64,000 nt of DNA from Terriglobia bacterium (GCA_965198225.1 CBDAOY010000007.1:224001-288000), one strand, 5' to 3'; numbered from the stretch's first letter, positions 8,529 through 18,244 are shown. Notes: generated by a model not told the origin, from the sequence alone. Numbers and translations: made by a program.

Positions 8529-11182
8529 TCGGCAAGACGCTTGGCCACTACGAGATCACCGACAAGCTCGGCCAGGGCGGAATGGGGTCGGTCTGGCTGG
8601 CGCAGGACGCGAAGCTAGGGCGTCACGTCGCCATCAAGACCCTACCCGAAGAGTTCGCCAAGGACGAAGAGCGCCTCGCTCGGTTCGAGCGTGAAGCGAA
8701 ACTTTTGGCGTCGCTGAATCATCCTAACATTGCGACCATCCACGGGCTGGAAGAAGACAACGGCACCTGCTTCCTTGTCCTCGAACTCGTCGAAGGCGAC
8801 ACGCTGGCGGACCGGCTGAAACGCGGTGCGATCCCAGTTGAGGAAGCCCTCCAACTCGCTCTCCAGATCGCCGAAGCACTCGAAACCGCGCACGAAAAGG
8901 GCGTCATTCACCGCGATTTGAAGCCCGCCAACATCAAGGTCACTCCCGAAGGAAAGATCAAGGTGCTGGACTTCGGGTTGGCGAAGGCGTTCCAGGGAGA
9001 TGGGGCGGACGTGAACCTGTCGCAGTCGCCCACGTTGAGCATGGCTGCGACCCAGCAAGGTGTCATCTTAGGCACTGCGGCATACATGTCGCCCGAGCAG
9101 GCGAGAGGGCAGGAAGTCGACAAGCGGGCCGATGTGTGGGCTTTCGGATGTGTTCTCTACGAGATGTTGGCAGGTCGGCAGCTCTGGGAAGGACCGACTG
9201 CAACGGACATGATCGCGGCGGCGATTGCGAAAGACGCTGACTTCAGCACCCTGGCCCCGAGTGTCGATTCCAAGATTCGCGAATTGTTGCAGCGGTGCCT
9301 CCAAAAGGACCCTCGAAACCGGCGACAGTCCGTCGGAGATGTCCGCGTCGACCTTCAGGCTTTAATGGAGCGGGCGGACACTCCAACACAACTTGAAGCA
9401 CTTTCTCTTGGAGGCCGTCGCCGGATAGTGTCTGCGACTTTCGTTCTCTTTCTTGTCGCCGTTGCCATCGCCATATCCGTTATGTCGTACGTCGGTAGCC
9501 GAGAACCGACACGAATGGAAGTCTTCCGACTGACGTCCTCACTATCCCACACTCTCGACCTCGGATCGGCGGAACGTCCGGCCCTAGCAATTTCCCCTGA
9601 TGGTTCCCGCCTCGCCTACGTAGCGGACGGTCAACTGTATGAACGGCCGATGAACCAGTTCGTAGGCCGAGCAGTCCCGGGTTCTGAAGGTGCCTACTCA
9701 CCGTTCTTCTCGCCGGACGGGGAATGGGTCGGGTTCTTCGCCGATAACAGGCTTAAGAAGATCGCGTTAGACGGTGGATTGCTCCAGGAAATCTGTACCG
9801 CCCAATTTGTGCGCGGTGCCGTGTGGGTGGGTGATGAGATCATCTTTGCGCCAGATTTTGGCATTCATGGCTTGTCTCGAGTCTCAAGTTCTGGTGGTGA
9901 ACCATCAAGCTTCACCCTCGTAAAGACTGATGTCGGCGAATCTCGGCACGCTTGGCCGAGCCGGTTGCCAGGCCGTAACGGGATCCTCATGACCGTCAAC
10001 GTGGGTGATGAAGCACAGCAGAACTACAACTTGGCGGCGGTGTCTCTGGAAACTGGTGAGCGGACACTGATAATGGAGGAGGGTGGGCCAAGCGAGTATT
10101 TGCCGACTGGACATCTAGCGTATGTGCGCGGTGGTCAGCTCATGGCGGTTCCCTTGGACCCGGATCGTCTCGAAACTGTCGGAATGCCTTCTCTGCTTGT
10201 AGACAACGTGATGCAGCACACGAGGTCCGGTGCGGCGCAGTTTTCGGTGTCGGCGTCCGGATCCATGGCGTTCATCCCAGGGGGATTGGTTCACTCCCAG
10301 TACCGGCTTGTCTGGGTGACGCGGGATGGAGTGACTGAACCCCTCAATCTACCACCCAGAAACTACGTCCAACCGCGGATTTCCCCCGACGGCACGCGCC
10401 TGGCAACAGGAATCCAGGAGGATCGTTTCGACGTTTGGGTTTACGACATTCGCAGAGGGATCGGAGATCGCGTGACCGTTGATGGTGACAACCGCAGCCC
10501 GATCTGGGCACCAGATGGAGAAACGATTGTGTTCTGTTCCGAACGGGACGGAGTCTGGGACCTGTACCGAATATCGTCCACGGGCGGGCCGTTGGAGAAA
10601 ATTACCCCGGCAAGTCGCGATGAACCGTGGTTTCTCCATCCTGAGTCATGGTCAACAGACGGCAAGGTGCTGTTCTGTACCGGTCTTACGGAGACGATCG
10701 TCGATTCGATCTGGACTCTTGCCCTTGACTCTGGCTTGGAACCGCTTGTGGGGGACACATCGCTCGAACGCGGCGCTCCTGCGCTCTCTCCCGATGGAAA
10801 CTGGATAGCGTATGCCGCGGAAGGGATCGATCAACAGCAGGTATTCCTTCGCAAGTACCCGGAAAGTGGGGAGCGTCACCTAGTCTCCGCGGATGGTGCT
10901 CGGGAGCCATTGTGGTCCCCCGACGGCGAACAACTGTTCTACCGTTCGGGCGACAAGATGATGAGCGTCGAGATCAAGACGACACCCGAGCTTGACATAG
11001 GAATACCTACCGTTTTGTTCAGCGGGAGCTACGGCTCGAGACCCGCGTTCCGACCGAACTACGACATCACCCCGGATGGGGACCGGTTCCTTATGACTCT
11101 GTCGGACGATCCGGGCGTAACTGAGATCAACATCATCTTAAACTGGTTCGAAGAACTGAAGGAACGGGTGCCGGTGCCATGA
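8525..11182 (+). CDS. Ser/Thr protein kinase with TM helix and TolB-like propeller
   Basis: Kinase domain very similar to the 5826 copy with a divergent propeller; ATGA start/stop overlap with the previous gene. Confidence 0.93.
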   Translation: MIGKTLGHYEITDKLGQGGMGSVWLAQDAKLGRHVAIKTLPEEFAKDEERLARFEREAKLLASLNHPNIATIHGLEEDNGTCFLVLELVEGDTLADRLKRGAIPVEEALQLALQIAEALETAHEKGVIHRDLKPANIKVTPEGKIKVLDFGLAKAFQGDGADVNLSQSPTLSMAATQQGVILGTAAYMSPEQARGQEVDKRADVWAFGCVLYEMLAGRQLWEGPTATDMIAAAIAKDADFSTLAPSVDSKIRELLQRCLQKDPRNRRQSVGDVRVDLQALMERADTPTQLEALSLGGRRRIVSATFVLFLVAVAIAISVMSYVGSREPTRMEVFRLTSSLSHTLDLGSAERPALAISPDGSRLAYVADGQLYERPMNQFVGRAVPGSEGAYSPFFSPDGEWVGFFADNRLKKIALDGGLLQEICTAQFVRGAVWVGDEIIFAPDFGIHGLSRVSSSGGEPSSFTLVKTDVGESRHAWPSRLPGRNGILMTVNVGDEAQQNYNLAAVSLETGERTLIMEEGGPSEYLPTGHLAYVRGGQLMAVPLDPDRLETVGMPSLLVDNVMQHTRSGAAQFSVSASGSMAFIPGGLVHSQYRLVWVTRDGVTEPLNLPPRNYVQPRISPDGTRLATGIQEDRFDVWVYDIRRGIGDRVTVDGDNRSPIWAPDGETIVFCSERDGVWDLYRISSTGGPLEKITPASRDEPWFLHPESWSTDGKVLFCTGLTETIVDSIWTLALDSGLEPLVGDTSLERGAPALSPDGNWIAYAAEGIDQQQVFLRKYPESGERHLVSADGAREPLWSPDGEQLFYRSGDKMMSVEIKTTPELDIGIPTVLFSGSYGSRPAFRPNYDITPDGDRFLMTLSDDPGVTEINIILNWFEELKERVPVP

Positions 11183-11226
11183 TCTTCTTGTCTGAGTCCG
11201 AAATTCTTCTACGTTCCGCGAAGCGG

Positions 11227-11545
11227 TTGTTCAATTTTGTTCAGTCGAGAGAGGCATCGAACTCGCCCGCCCACCCCCGAGCGTGTCGTTATGAGCGGGC
11301 TGAGCGGGTCAGAGATGTAGAGTGACCTCCAGTTTGAACACAGGCGCTCATCGGACTTGACGTCTTTCGATAAGTATAAGAAAATATAGCTACTTACGAG
11401 AGGGATCGTAGCTCAGTTGGAAGAGCGCCTGCTTCACACAACAACTCATTTATAGCAATCTTGTTGGTTCTTCTTGTCCCTAGTTCGCTTCAGACGACGG
11501 TGTTAGCCGGTATTGCCCGGAAAATTGGTCAGTAAATTGTTCAGT
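11227..11545 (+). repeat. att-like junction J2 with tRNA-Val 5' half (11402-11439)
   Basis: TTGTTCAAT-TTTGTTCAGT 11227-11245; CAGGCGCTCATCGGACTTGACG 11341-11362; tRNA half identical to 35763-35800; AAATTGGTCAGT-AAATTGTTCAGT 11522-11545. Confidence 0.9.
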
Positions 11546-11629
11546 CGGTTGGCAGACGCCACCGACCCCAGTCACGACGTTGACCGGGTGCCTCTCTCCC
11601 TCTGACGGCGAAGAACCCGATTTGTCTTC

Positions 11630-11646
11630 TGCACCACTGTGGTGCA
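11630..11646. promoter_or_regulatory. Palindromic operator candidate TGCACCA-CTG-TGGTGCA
   Basis: Perfect 7-bp inverted repeat 10 nt upstream of an RHH-like gene. Confidence 0.55.
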
Positions 11647-11656
11647 TACTGGTGCC

Positions 11657-11914
11657 ATGCCGACCAAAGTGAAAACCATCCGCCAAAGCGTAACCCTTCC
11701 CGTCAAGGTTGCCAGCCAGGTGCGCGCGATGGCCAAGCGCCGCAAACTGAGCGCCAGCCGCATGCTCGTCGAGTTGCTTGAAGAAGGGATCGAGTCTCGG
11801 AAGGCCAAGGAGAAGGCCTTTTTCGAGCTCGCTGAACGTTTCCGCCAGGCAGAAAATCCCGGCGAAGCGGCGCGCCTTGGCGAGGAACTGGGCAAGATGG
11901 TCTTTGGGAAGTAA
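11657..11914 (+). CDS. Ribbon-helix-helix-like DNA-binding protein (putative antitoxin)
   Basis: RQSVTLP...VRAMAKRRKLSASRMLVELLEEG pattern; overlaps the next gene by TAATG. Confidence 0.65.
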   Translation: MPTKVKTIRQSVTLPVKVASQVRAMAKRRKLSASRMLVELLEEGIESRKAKEKAFFELAERFRQAENPGEAARLGEELGKMVFGK

Positions 11915-12159
11915 TGCCCAAGATTGCTGGATGGACTGAATTCCCCTCGGCGATTCGGGAGCATCTGGTTGAGAGAATGCGCGGCCGCTGGATAACGCTA
12001 GAGGACCTGAATCGGCTTCGGTTATGGGTCGAGTCTGATCCTGACGTGCCCGAGGACACGTCGTACAAGGATTTCGGATCTTTCAAGATATGCGGGGAGG
12101 GCCGATATCCGAAAACGTTTCTACTTGCCGCTCAACCTGCAAAGGGAACCGAGGTTTGA
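11914..12159 (+). CDS. Small hypothetical protein (putative toxin)
   Basis: 81 aa, translationally coupled to the RHH-like gene; no family recognised. Confidence 0.55.
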   Translation: MPKIAGWTEFPSAIREHLVERMRGRWITLEDLNRLRLWVESDPDVPEDTSYKDFGSFKICGEGRYPKTFLLAAQPAKGTEV

Positions 12160-12255
12160 GCCTGTCCTGCAAATCCCTACGTCAAACGACTGTCCGCGGG
12201 ACTCGAGTTTGACCTGAAAATATAACGATCGCGGAATGATCTCCTGTGTAGAATA

Positions 12256-12459
12256 CAGGCGGTCATTGGACTTGACGCCTTTCGATAAGTATAAGAAAAT
12301 ATAGCTACTTATCTGAGGGATCGTAGCTCAGTCGGAAGAGCGCCTGCTTCACACAACAACCCAGACACGTTATCTTGTTGGTTCTTCTTGTCTCTAGTTC
12401 TTATCAGGCGACGGTATTAGCTGGTATTCGGCAGGAAATTGTTCAGTGAATTGTTCAGT
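12256..12459 (+). repeat. att-like junction J3 with tRNA-Val 5' half (12317-12354)
   Basis: CAGGCGGTCATTGGACTTGACG 12256-12277; AT-rich TAAGTA...TACTTA; tRNA half; AAATTGTTCAGT-GAATTGTTCAGT 12436-12459. The upstream arm pair was not seen. Confidence 0.9.
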
Positions 12460-12575
12460 CGCGACGAAGGCCCGAAACGAACTGCATCATAGGACTATCT
12501 GTAGCCGGTCAGAGCATTTCGGGCCGAATTCACTGAAAACAAAGATGCGCTCTTCTGATCGGAGCGTTCGAAAAA

Positions 12576-13805
12576 TTAATGATGTTCGAAGGCTGATGCC
12601 ACGCGGTCGATTTGACCAGCACTAAGGCCCAGGCCTGCGGCAGCTTCCCGCCATTTCTCCACTGCGCTTTCGACTTTGGTAACTACGCTACGCGCCTCGT
12701 CGGGCGTGAGTTCGAAATACTCGGCAACGCTCATCGCCAAATCGACCGACGCTGTACCGTCATCAAGATCGATCGCTGTCGTCAGGATGCGTGGCTTGAT
12801 GTCCACAGGCACGGGATTGAGATCATATGCCGGCGCCAGTCGCCATCCATCCGGGCCTTCATAGAGAAAGCCGTGATTGCGCAGGTGGTCGTCCGTGTTG
12901 GAAATCAGGACACTGAAAATGATACGCCGCCACAGGGCGTGCATGTCTTCTTTTGGAGCTGCCCCGTGTTGACGCAATGCATCCACAAAGTCGAGATAGC
13001 TGCGCGCCTCGTTGTCGACAGCACCCAGCATGCTCATGGCTGACAGGAAGGGGATGCGCATGCCGTCGACGCGATCGAAGCGGCGCAAGAGAAGCACGGG
13101 CTTACCAGCAACATCTTCCAGTCGCCATTCCGGTACCGAAAGGCCGGCATTTGCCGCCAGCGTCAACGCGACCGCTTCCCATCTCACCGTTTCGATTTCA
13201 TCATCTCGGTGCGGAAACTTGGCAATCGCCAGCGTCCCGTCCCTGTCCCGAACGGAAGCCTTGGGGCGAGCACCGCCCAATGAGGAGCCAGGCGCGAGCA
13301 ACAACCGTAGATCCTCATCGCTGTCAGAATCACCGGCCACGCGGTCGGCAGCGGAGAGCAGCCTTGGCAGATCAATCAGTGGCGGAATTGGCATAGTGTC
13401 ATGTGCGGTATGGAATGGCCCACCTTCCGTGGTCGCAAATCGCAATGCGCTTTGCCGCGCCTCGTCATTGACCATCAGCAGGTAGTCGATTTCCATCAAT
13501 GTGCGTGGCGTCTCGCCGGCGCCCTCGGCACGACGGCGTTCGGCCCGGCGCATGAGCACACGGCCCCAGCGGTCGGGAGCGGAATCGCCGATTGCGCCAA
13601 ATAGAGGTTTGTCTCCTGACGTGTGATACGGGCCGGGCCCCAGCGTCAAGGCTGGTTCCAGGGAGAAGCGGTCTTTATACTCAAGCCATGTTTCGTCGTA
13701 CTCAAATGTGGCGCTTTGACGGTTCTTGCGCGTGCGCGTCCACAGCCGTCCGGTGAGGCACGGAACGCCATCGACATCAACATAGACAAGAACCTCGGTA
13801 TCCAT
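12576..13805 (-). CDS. hipA: HipA-family toxin kinase
   Basis: DSAPDRWGR, SSLGGARPKA, AIAKFP, NTDDHLRNHGFL and LAPAYDLNP motifs. Confidence 0.92.
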   Translation of the reverse strand: MDTEVLVYVDVDGVPCLTGRLWTRTRKNRQSATFEYDETWLEYKDRFSLEPALTLGPGPYHTSGDKPLFGAIGDSAPDRWGRVLMRRAERRRAEGAGETPRTLMEIDYLLMVNDEARQSALRFATTEGGPFHTAHDTMPIPPLIDLPRLLSAADRVAGDSDSDEDLRLLLAPGSSLGGARPKASVRDRDGTLAIAKFPHRDDEIETVRWEAVALTLAANAGLSVPEWRLEDVAGKPVLLLRRFDRVDGMRIPFLSAMSMLGAVDNEARSYLDFVDALRQHGAAPKEDMHALWRRIIFSVLISNTDDHLRNHGFLYEGPDGWRLAPAYDLNPVPVDIKPRILTTAIDLDDGTASVDLAMSVAEYFELTPDEARSVVTKVESAVEKWREAAAGLGLSAGQIDRVASAFEHH

Positions 13806-13810
13806 TGTTC

Positions 13811-14179
13811 TTACTCTTTTCCTTCTATCCGGTCAGGCTGAATCGATTTGCGCTGGCCCGATTTCCGAATACGTTTGGGCAACCGCTCCTCTTCCAATTC
13901 AAGTCCGACGGTATCGCTCTTCACATCTGCCAGGAGGCTGAGCCTTTCGGCCATACCCAATACGAAAAGTACGGTGGCATAGCTACCCATCGAGACGCCC
14001 GGCTGTCCCTTTTCCACCTTGCTTAGCGTCGTCCGGCTGATTGACGCCCTTTCGGCCATGACCGTCGTCGGAATTCGTCGCCGCAGTCTTGCGTCACGGA
14101 TATCCGCACCAAGCTTACGTAAGGCTCGCCTGATCGGGATCGGGATCGCTGAAGTTGATCGTTCCATAGATTTTCTCAT
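13811..14179 (-). CDS. XRE/HTH antitoxin partner of HipA
   Basis: LGADIRDARLRRR...AERASISRTTLSKVEKG HTH, immediately upstream of hipA. Confidence 0.85.
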   Translation of the reverse strand: MRKSMERSTSAIPIPIRRALRKLGADIRDARLRRRIPTTVMAERASISRTTLSKVEKGQPGVSMGSYATVLFVLGMAERLSLLADVKSDTVGLELEEERLPKRIRKSGQRKSIQPDRIEGKE

Positions 14180-14456
14180 TTATTGTTTATTTTATTAGTC
14201 ATTATAATGCGTACCGTACAATATAGTAGACATTATATCAAGCTATCCCTTCACCACGGCCTTCGGCAAGTTCAACTATCAATTGTCTATAAAAATAACC
14301 CGTATCTCATATAACGTCTATTATTCTAACCTTAAACTGACATAATGGAATATGCCAACACGATATGGAGTCAATTCCAACCGTCCTATCGAGCGCTACC
14401 GGGCGGCATAGCATCGTCCGCAAATCACATCTGCAAGGTTCACGGCCAGCCCGATA

Positions 14457-14494
14457 TTGACAATGTCAGATAATAAATATAATATATATGACAT
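14457..14494 (+). promoter_or_regulatory. Sigma70-like promoter with overlapping inverted repeats, upstream of the QueC-like operon
   Basis: TTGACA at 14457, then TATAAT (14478) or TAATAT (14480); TGACAATGTCA palindrome; ATGTCA...TGACAT inverted repeat. Confidence 0.6.
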
Positions 14495-14505
14495 TTGAGA
14501 GCGAA

Positions 14506-15075
14506 ATGAGCGACGGCCCACACAGAAGTCTGAATATGCGGCGGGGCTGGAAACAGCTTGCGGAGCGCGCGGATAAGAAAGCTTTCGCGCCCCAAGAGAT
14601 ATGCGATGCGATTCCCATGGCGCTGGAACAAGACTGGCGTGCTGAAGTTCCGCGGCGTCTTCTCCGACAGGTTCGAGCGACATTGGAAGACGACCAAAGC
14701 TCGTTCTTCGAAGACCAGAGACCAAAAACGCTCGAAGTGCTAAGGGGCAATACGGCCGGCAGTTCCCTCGCCACAATGTTTCTGGACTGTGCCATTCAGG
14801 AAGCAGCAGGCGGCAAAGCGGGTGATCAAGTTACGCGAGACGCCGTGCGCGGTGCACTTATGGATCGTACGGCTCGCGGCATACGTCAGGTTGAAGAACA
14901 TTACTACCGTGAATCCACGCAGAACCGCGCCATGAACGTGAGAGAGAGATTGGAGAGCGGTGTCGCGCAAACCAACATTCCGGCGATCGTTGACCGCGTT
15001 ACCGGAACCGACAAGTCCGCATCGCCACGAATGCCTGTAAAGCAGACTGGCCTTGATGACGGGGTGCAGTTGTAA
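14506..15075 (+). CDS. Hypothetical protein, first gene of the QueC-like operon
   Basis: ORF starting MSDGPHRSL; TAATG coupling to the next gene. Confidence 0.7.
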   Translation: MSDGPHRSLNMRRGWKQLAERADKKAFAPQEICDAIPMALEQDWRAEVPRRLLRQVRATLEDDQSSFFEDQRPKTLEVLRGNTAGSSLATMFLDCAIQEAAGGKAGDQVTRDAVRGALMDRTARGIRQVEEHYYRESTQNRAMNVRERLESGVAQTNIPAIVDRVTGTDKSASPRMPVKQTGLDDGVQL

Positions 15076-16478
15076 TGGACAATACGAAAGCCGCTGACAT
15101 TCAACTCCCTTCGATCCGCGTTGACGTTGTCGAGCCGGGTACACGACCACGCCGGAACTGGATCAAATGCGCGATCAATGAGAACCTGGAATTCAAAACG
15201 GAGGGTTTGGAATCCTACTGTTTCGCGGAATGGGAATCGCTCGTATACGACGCGTTCCTCATTGCTGCTGCGGTCCAGTTCTGTGATCACGCCAAAGCCC
15301 GGCCAGCAACCGGCTGGGGTAGAGACATCGCCTTGCGTGTTCCGGTTCATGACCCTGTCCATTGGAGCGGAGCTGATGTCTCGGGAACGCTGCATACGGC
15401 GCTGAAGTTCCTCACCGGAGATCAGTGGAACATTTCCTTCACTGGCAGGAAAACACCGGAACCGCCACCTCGACAAGGTCAGTTCAGGATGCCTGATGGT
15501 TCGCGCGTGATCATCCCGTTCAGCGACGGAATCGACTCCCTCACCGTCGCCGGATTAATGAAGCGCGAATACGGCAGCCGCCTAATCCAGGTAAGACTGA
15601 GCTCGCAATCTTTGAAACGCACGCCACCTGGAACACTGCGTTTCCCCTTCGCCTTAGTTCCCTACAAAGTGCGCGCCGGCAAAACACGGTTCGTTGAAAC
15701 GAGTGCGCGGTCACGCGGTTTTAGGTTCGCGCTCCTAAGCGGTATAGCGGCTTACCTTTCGCAGACCGAAACGATAGTCGTGTCGGAAAGTGGCCAGGGG
15801 GCACTGGGACCAACGCTCGTCCCGGTGGGACAAGCCTACGAGGACTACAGAAATCACCCTTTGTTCACGGTGAAGATGGAGGCGTTTATTCTAGCCCTGC
15901 TTGGGCATCAGGTTCGCTATATATTCCCGCGCCTCTGGCACACGAAGGGCGAGACATTGGCCGAATACGTCGCCAAGTGCCCCGATTGCCCAGACTGGGA
16001 AGAAACGCGCTCGTGCTGGCAATTGCAGAGACAGGTATCTGTTGCCGGCCGGATGCGCCAATGCGGCATTTGCGCCGCATGCATGCTCAGACGCATGAGT
16101 ATTCATGCCATCGGCGCAACCGAGAAACATGACACCTATGTCTGGGAAGATCTAACCGCCGCCCGTTTCGAAGATGGTGCTACAGCTCTCTTCGGAAATA
16201 CAGAGCCGAAAGGCGCACTGCATGAGTATGCGATTGCCGGCACCCTCCATCTTGATCATCTCGCCGACCTGCGGCGCTCACCACAAGGCGGCGTAACGAT
16301 CGATCGATCGGCGTTCCAACTGAGCCGAAGTCTCGAAGAATCCCAGACGGAGATTGAGTCACGTCTGAATCGATTGCTTAAACACCATGAGGAGGAATGG
16401 AAGAGCTTCGTCCGTTCTTTGGGACCAAACTCTTTCGTCGCCGGCTGGGCCAGAGGCGCAGAACAACATGTCACTTGA
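15075..16478 (+). CDS. QueC-like (PP-loop, 7-cyano-7-deazaguanine synthase-like / QatC-like) protein
   Basis: PFSDGIDS PP-loop, TRSCW and CGICAACMLRR Zn motif; 467 aa with an N-terminal extension, longer than housekeeping QueC. Confidence 0.8.
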   Translation: MDNTKAADIQLPSIRVDVVEPGTRPRRNWIKCAINENLEFKTEGLESYCFAEWESLVYDAFLIAAAVQFCDHAKARPATGWGRDIALRVPVHDPVHWSGADVSGTLHTALKFLTGDQWNISFTGRKTPEPPPRQGQFRMPDGSRVIIPFSDGIDSLTVAGLMKREYGSRLIQVRLSSQSLKRTPPGTLRFPFALVPYKVRAGKTRFVETSARSRGFRFALLSGIAAYLSQTETIVVSESGQGALGPTLVPVGQAYEDYRNHPLFTVKMEAFILALLGHQVRYIFPRLWHTKGETLAEYVAKCPDCPDWEETRSCWQLQRQVSVAGRMRQCGICAACMLRRMSIHAIGATEKHDTYVWEDLTAARFEDGATALFGNTEPKGALHEYAIAGTLHLDHLADLRRSPQGGVTIDRSAFQLSRSLEESQTEIESRLNRLLKHHEEEWKSFVRSLGPNSFVAGWARGAEQHVT

Positions 16479-17646
16479 TGAACTAGATTCGATCGACGTA
16501 GGCGAGCGCTTGCGGGTTGCCCGTGAGGCGGCAGGCATTACGCAGGCTGATGCTGCGACAGATATCAATGTCGCGCGGACGACTCTTATCGCAATCGAAA
16601 AGGGACAGCGTCGTTTCCGGATCGGCGAGTTGCAACGACTAGCCCGCCTGTACAACATGTCGGTGAACGCCCTGCTGCGCCGCGAGTCCATCCATGTTGA
16701 TCTGACCCCTCGTTTCAGAAAACTCCAGAAAAGCGGTGAGGAAGCGTCGAGCGCGGCTGCACAACTTCTGACCAATTTGGCAAAGGCTGAAGTTGAACTT
16801 GAAGATCTGCTCGGTATAAAGCGTACGCGCAACTATCCATCCGAGCGTCCGCTTTTACCAGGTGATGTCAGAGCGCAGGCCGAAGGCGATGCATTGGAAC
16901 TCCGGCATTGGTTCGGTCTTGGGATTAGTCCGGTCCGTGATCTCGTGACGTTGCTCGAATTGGAGCTTGGCGTGCGCGTCTACATAAGGAAGCTGGATGG
17001 GCGAATATCGGGGCTATTCGCGTATGACGAAAGGCTCGGCGCATGCATGCTTCTTAATGCCAATCATCCACCTGGTCGAAGGGCGCAGACTGCTGCGCAC
17101 GAACTCGGTCATTTCATCTCGACGCGCAAGACACCGGAAGTCTTACATGTGGACGAAGTAGTTTCGTCCCGCGAAGAGCGTTACGCGAAGACGTTCGGGC
17201 GCAATTTCCTGACTCCTGCAAGGGCGGTCATGCAAAGATTTCAGGAAGTTACTGCAGGATCACCTCGACTTACGCGACGGCACGTCATCGTGCTGGCCCA
17301 TGCATTTGGTGTCGCCCGAGAAGCCATTGTCAGGCGTCTTGAGGAACTTGGCATAGCCAAGGCTGGCACATGGGACTGGTTCCAGGCGAATGGCGGCATC
17401 ACCGACGATCAGGCACGCCACGTCCTCGGAGATCCGATTCATGCAGACACCGGCAAGGCTGATGCGGACCGGCCGGCAACTCTCAGACTCAATATATTGA
17501 CCGCAGAGGCATGGCGTCAGGGCCTACTCAGTGAAGGGCAACTGGCAAATCTTCTGCAAATCGATCGTATCGAGCTGCGTGAACTCTTGGACGATGCAGA
17601 CATCGAAGGGGGCGTGGCAGATGGTATGCCCAAGCTGCTTGACTGA
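16468..17646 (+). CDS. XRE HTH + ImmA/IrrE (M78) metallopeptidase
   Basis: N-terminal HTH (GERLRVARE...TQADAA); AHELGH zinc motif; EERYA. Confidence 0.88.
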   Translation: MSLDELDSIDVGERLRVAREAAGITQADAATDINVARTTLIAIEKGQRRFRIGELQRLARLYNMSVNALLRRESIHVDLTPRFRKLQKSGEEASSAAAQLLTNLAKAEVELEDLLGIKRTRNYPSERPLLPGDVRAQAEGDALELRHWFGLGISPVRDLVTLLELELGVRVYIRKLDGRISGLFAYDERLGACMLLNANHPPGRRAQTAAHELGHFISTRKTPEVLHVDEVVSSREERYAKTFGRNFLTPARAVMQRFQEVTAGSPRLTRRHVIVLAHAFGVAREAIVRRLEELGIAKAGTWDWFQANGGITDDQARHVLGDPIHADTGKADADRPATLRLNILTAEAWRQGLLSEGQLANLLQIDRIELRELLDDADIEGGVADGMPKLLD

Positions 17647-18244
17647 CCCCTCGGATCTCGTCGTTGCCGATGCGAGTGTAGTCATAAACCTGAACGCGAC
17701 CGGCCGTTCCGCCGCTGTTCTTGACGCATTCCCCAATCGTATGGTGATAGTTCAGGAGGTCTCATTTGAAATAAAGAACGGCCGCCACAATGCGATCAAT
17801 GATGCTGCTGAGCTTTCTACCCTGGCTTCTAGCAATAGGATAGAGATTGTTCAGCTCGGCAAACTTGGATTGCATCATTTCGAGGACCTCATAGCGGGAA
17901 CGACGGCAAACACGCTTGATGATGGCGAGGCGGCGACGATCGCCTATGCTATTGAACAGAGCGCGACCGCCCTAATCGACGAACGAAAAGCAAACCGGAT
18001 CTGCGGTGAAAGGTTTCCGGATCTGCGGACTGGATCCACTGTCGATTTACTCTGTCACCGAGCAATCATAGAGAGCCTCGGGAACGAAATACTCAGCGAT
18101 GCCGTGTTCAACGCTCTTTATCATGGCCGCATGAGGGTCCTACCGCATCATGCGAAATGGGTGGTGAACCTTATAGGCGCGGACCGCGCTGCAAAGTGTC
18201 ACAGCATCCCAACAGCGCTTCGGCGAATCTCTTCATCCCCATAG
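17621..18244 (+). CDS. PIN-domain-like protein
   Basis: Acidic motifs VVADASVVINL, LDDGEAATIAYA and LIDERKA. Confidence 0.75.
   Translation: MVCPSCLTDPSDLVVADASVVINLNATGRSAAVLDAFPNRMVIVQEVSFEIKNGRHNAINDAAELSTLASSNRIEIVQLGKLGLHHFEDLIAGTTANTLDDGEAATIAYAIEQSATALIDERKANRICGERFPDLRTGSTVDLLCHRAIIESLGNEILSDAVFNALYHGRMRVLPHHAKWVVNLIGADRAAKCHSIPTALRRISSSP

Noticed and set aside
952-12354. Three additional tRNA genes, or split/permuted tRNAs
   Set aside because: Only 5' halves ending at the anticodon loop are present, with no matching 3' halves or complementary leaders. They are better explained as att-site duplications.
15075-16478. Housekeeping queC or a complete QatABCD / type IV CBASS system
   Set aside because: The protein is much longer than QueC, and no queD/E/F, KAP ATPase, TatD, CD-NTase or TGT lies nearby.
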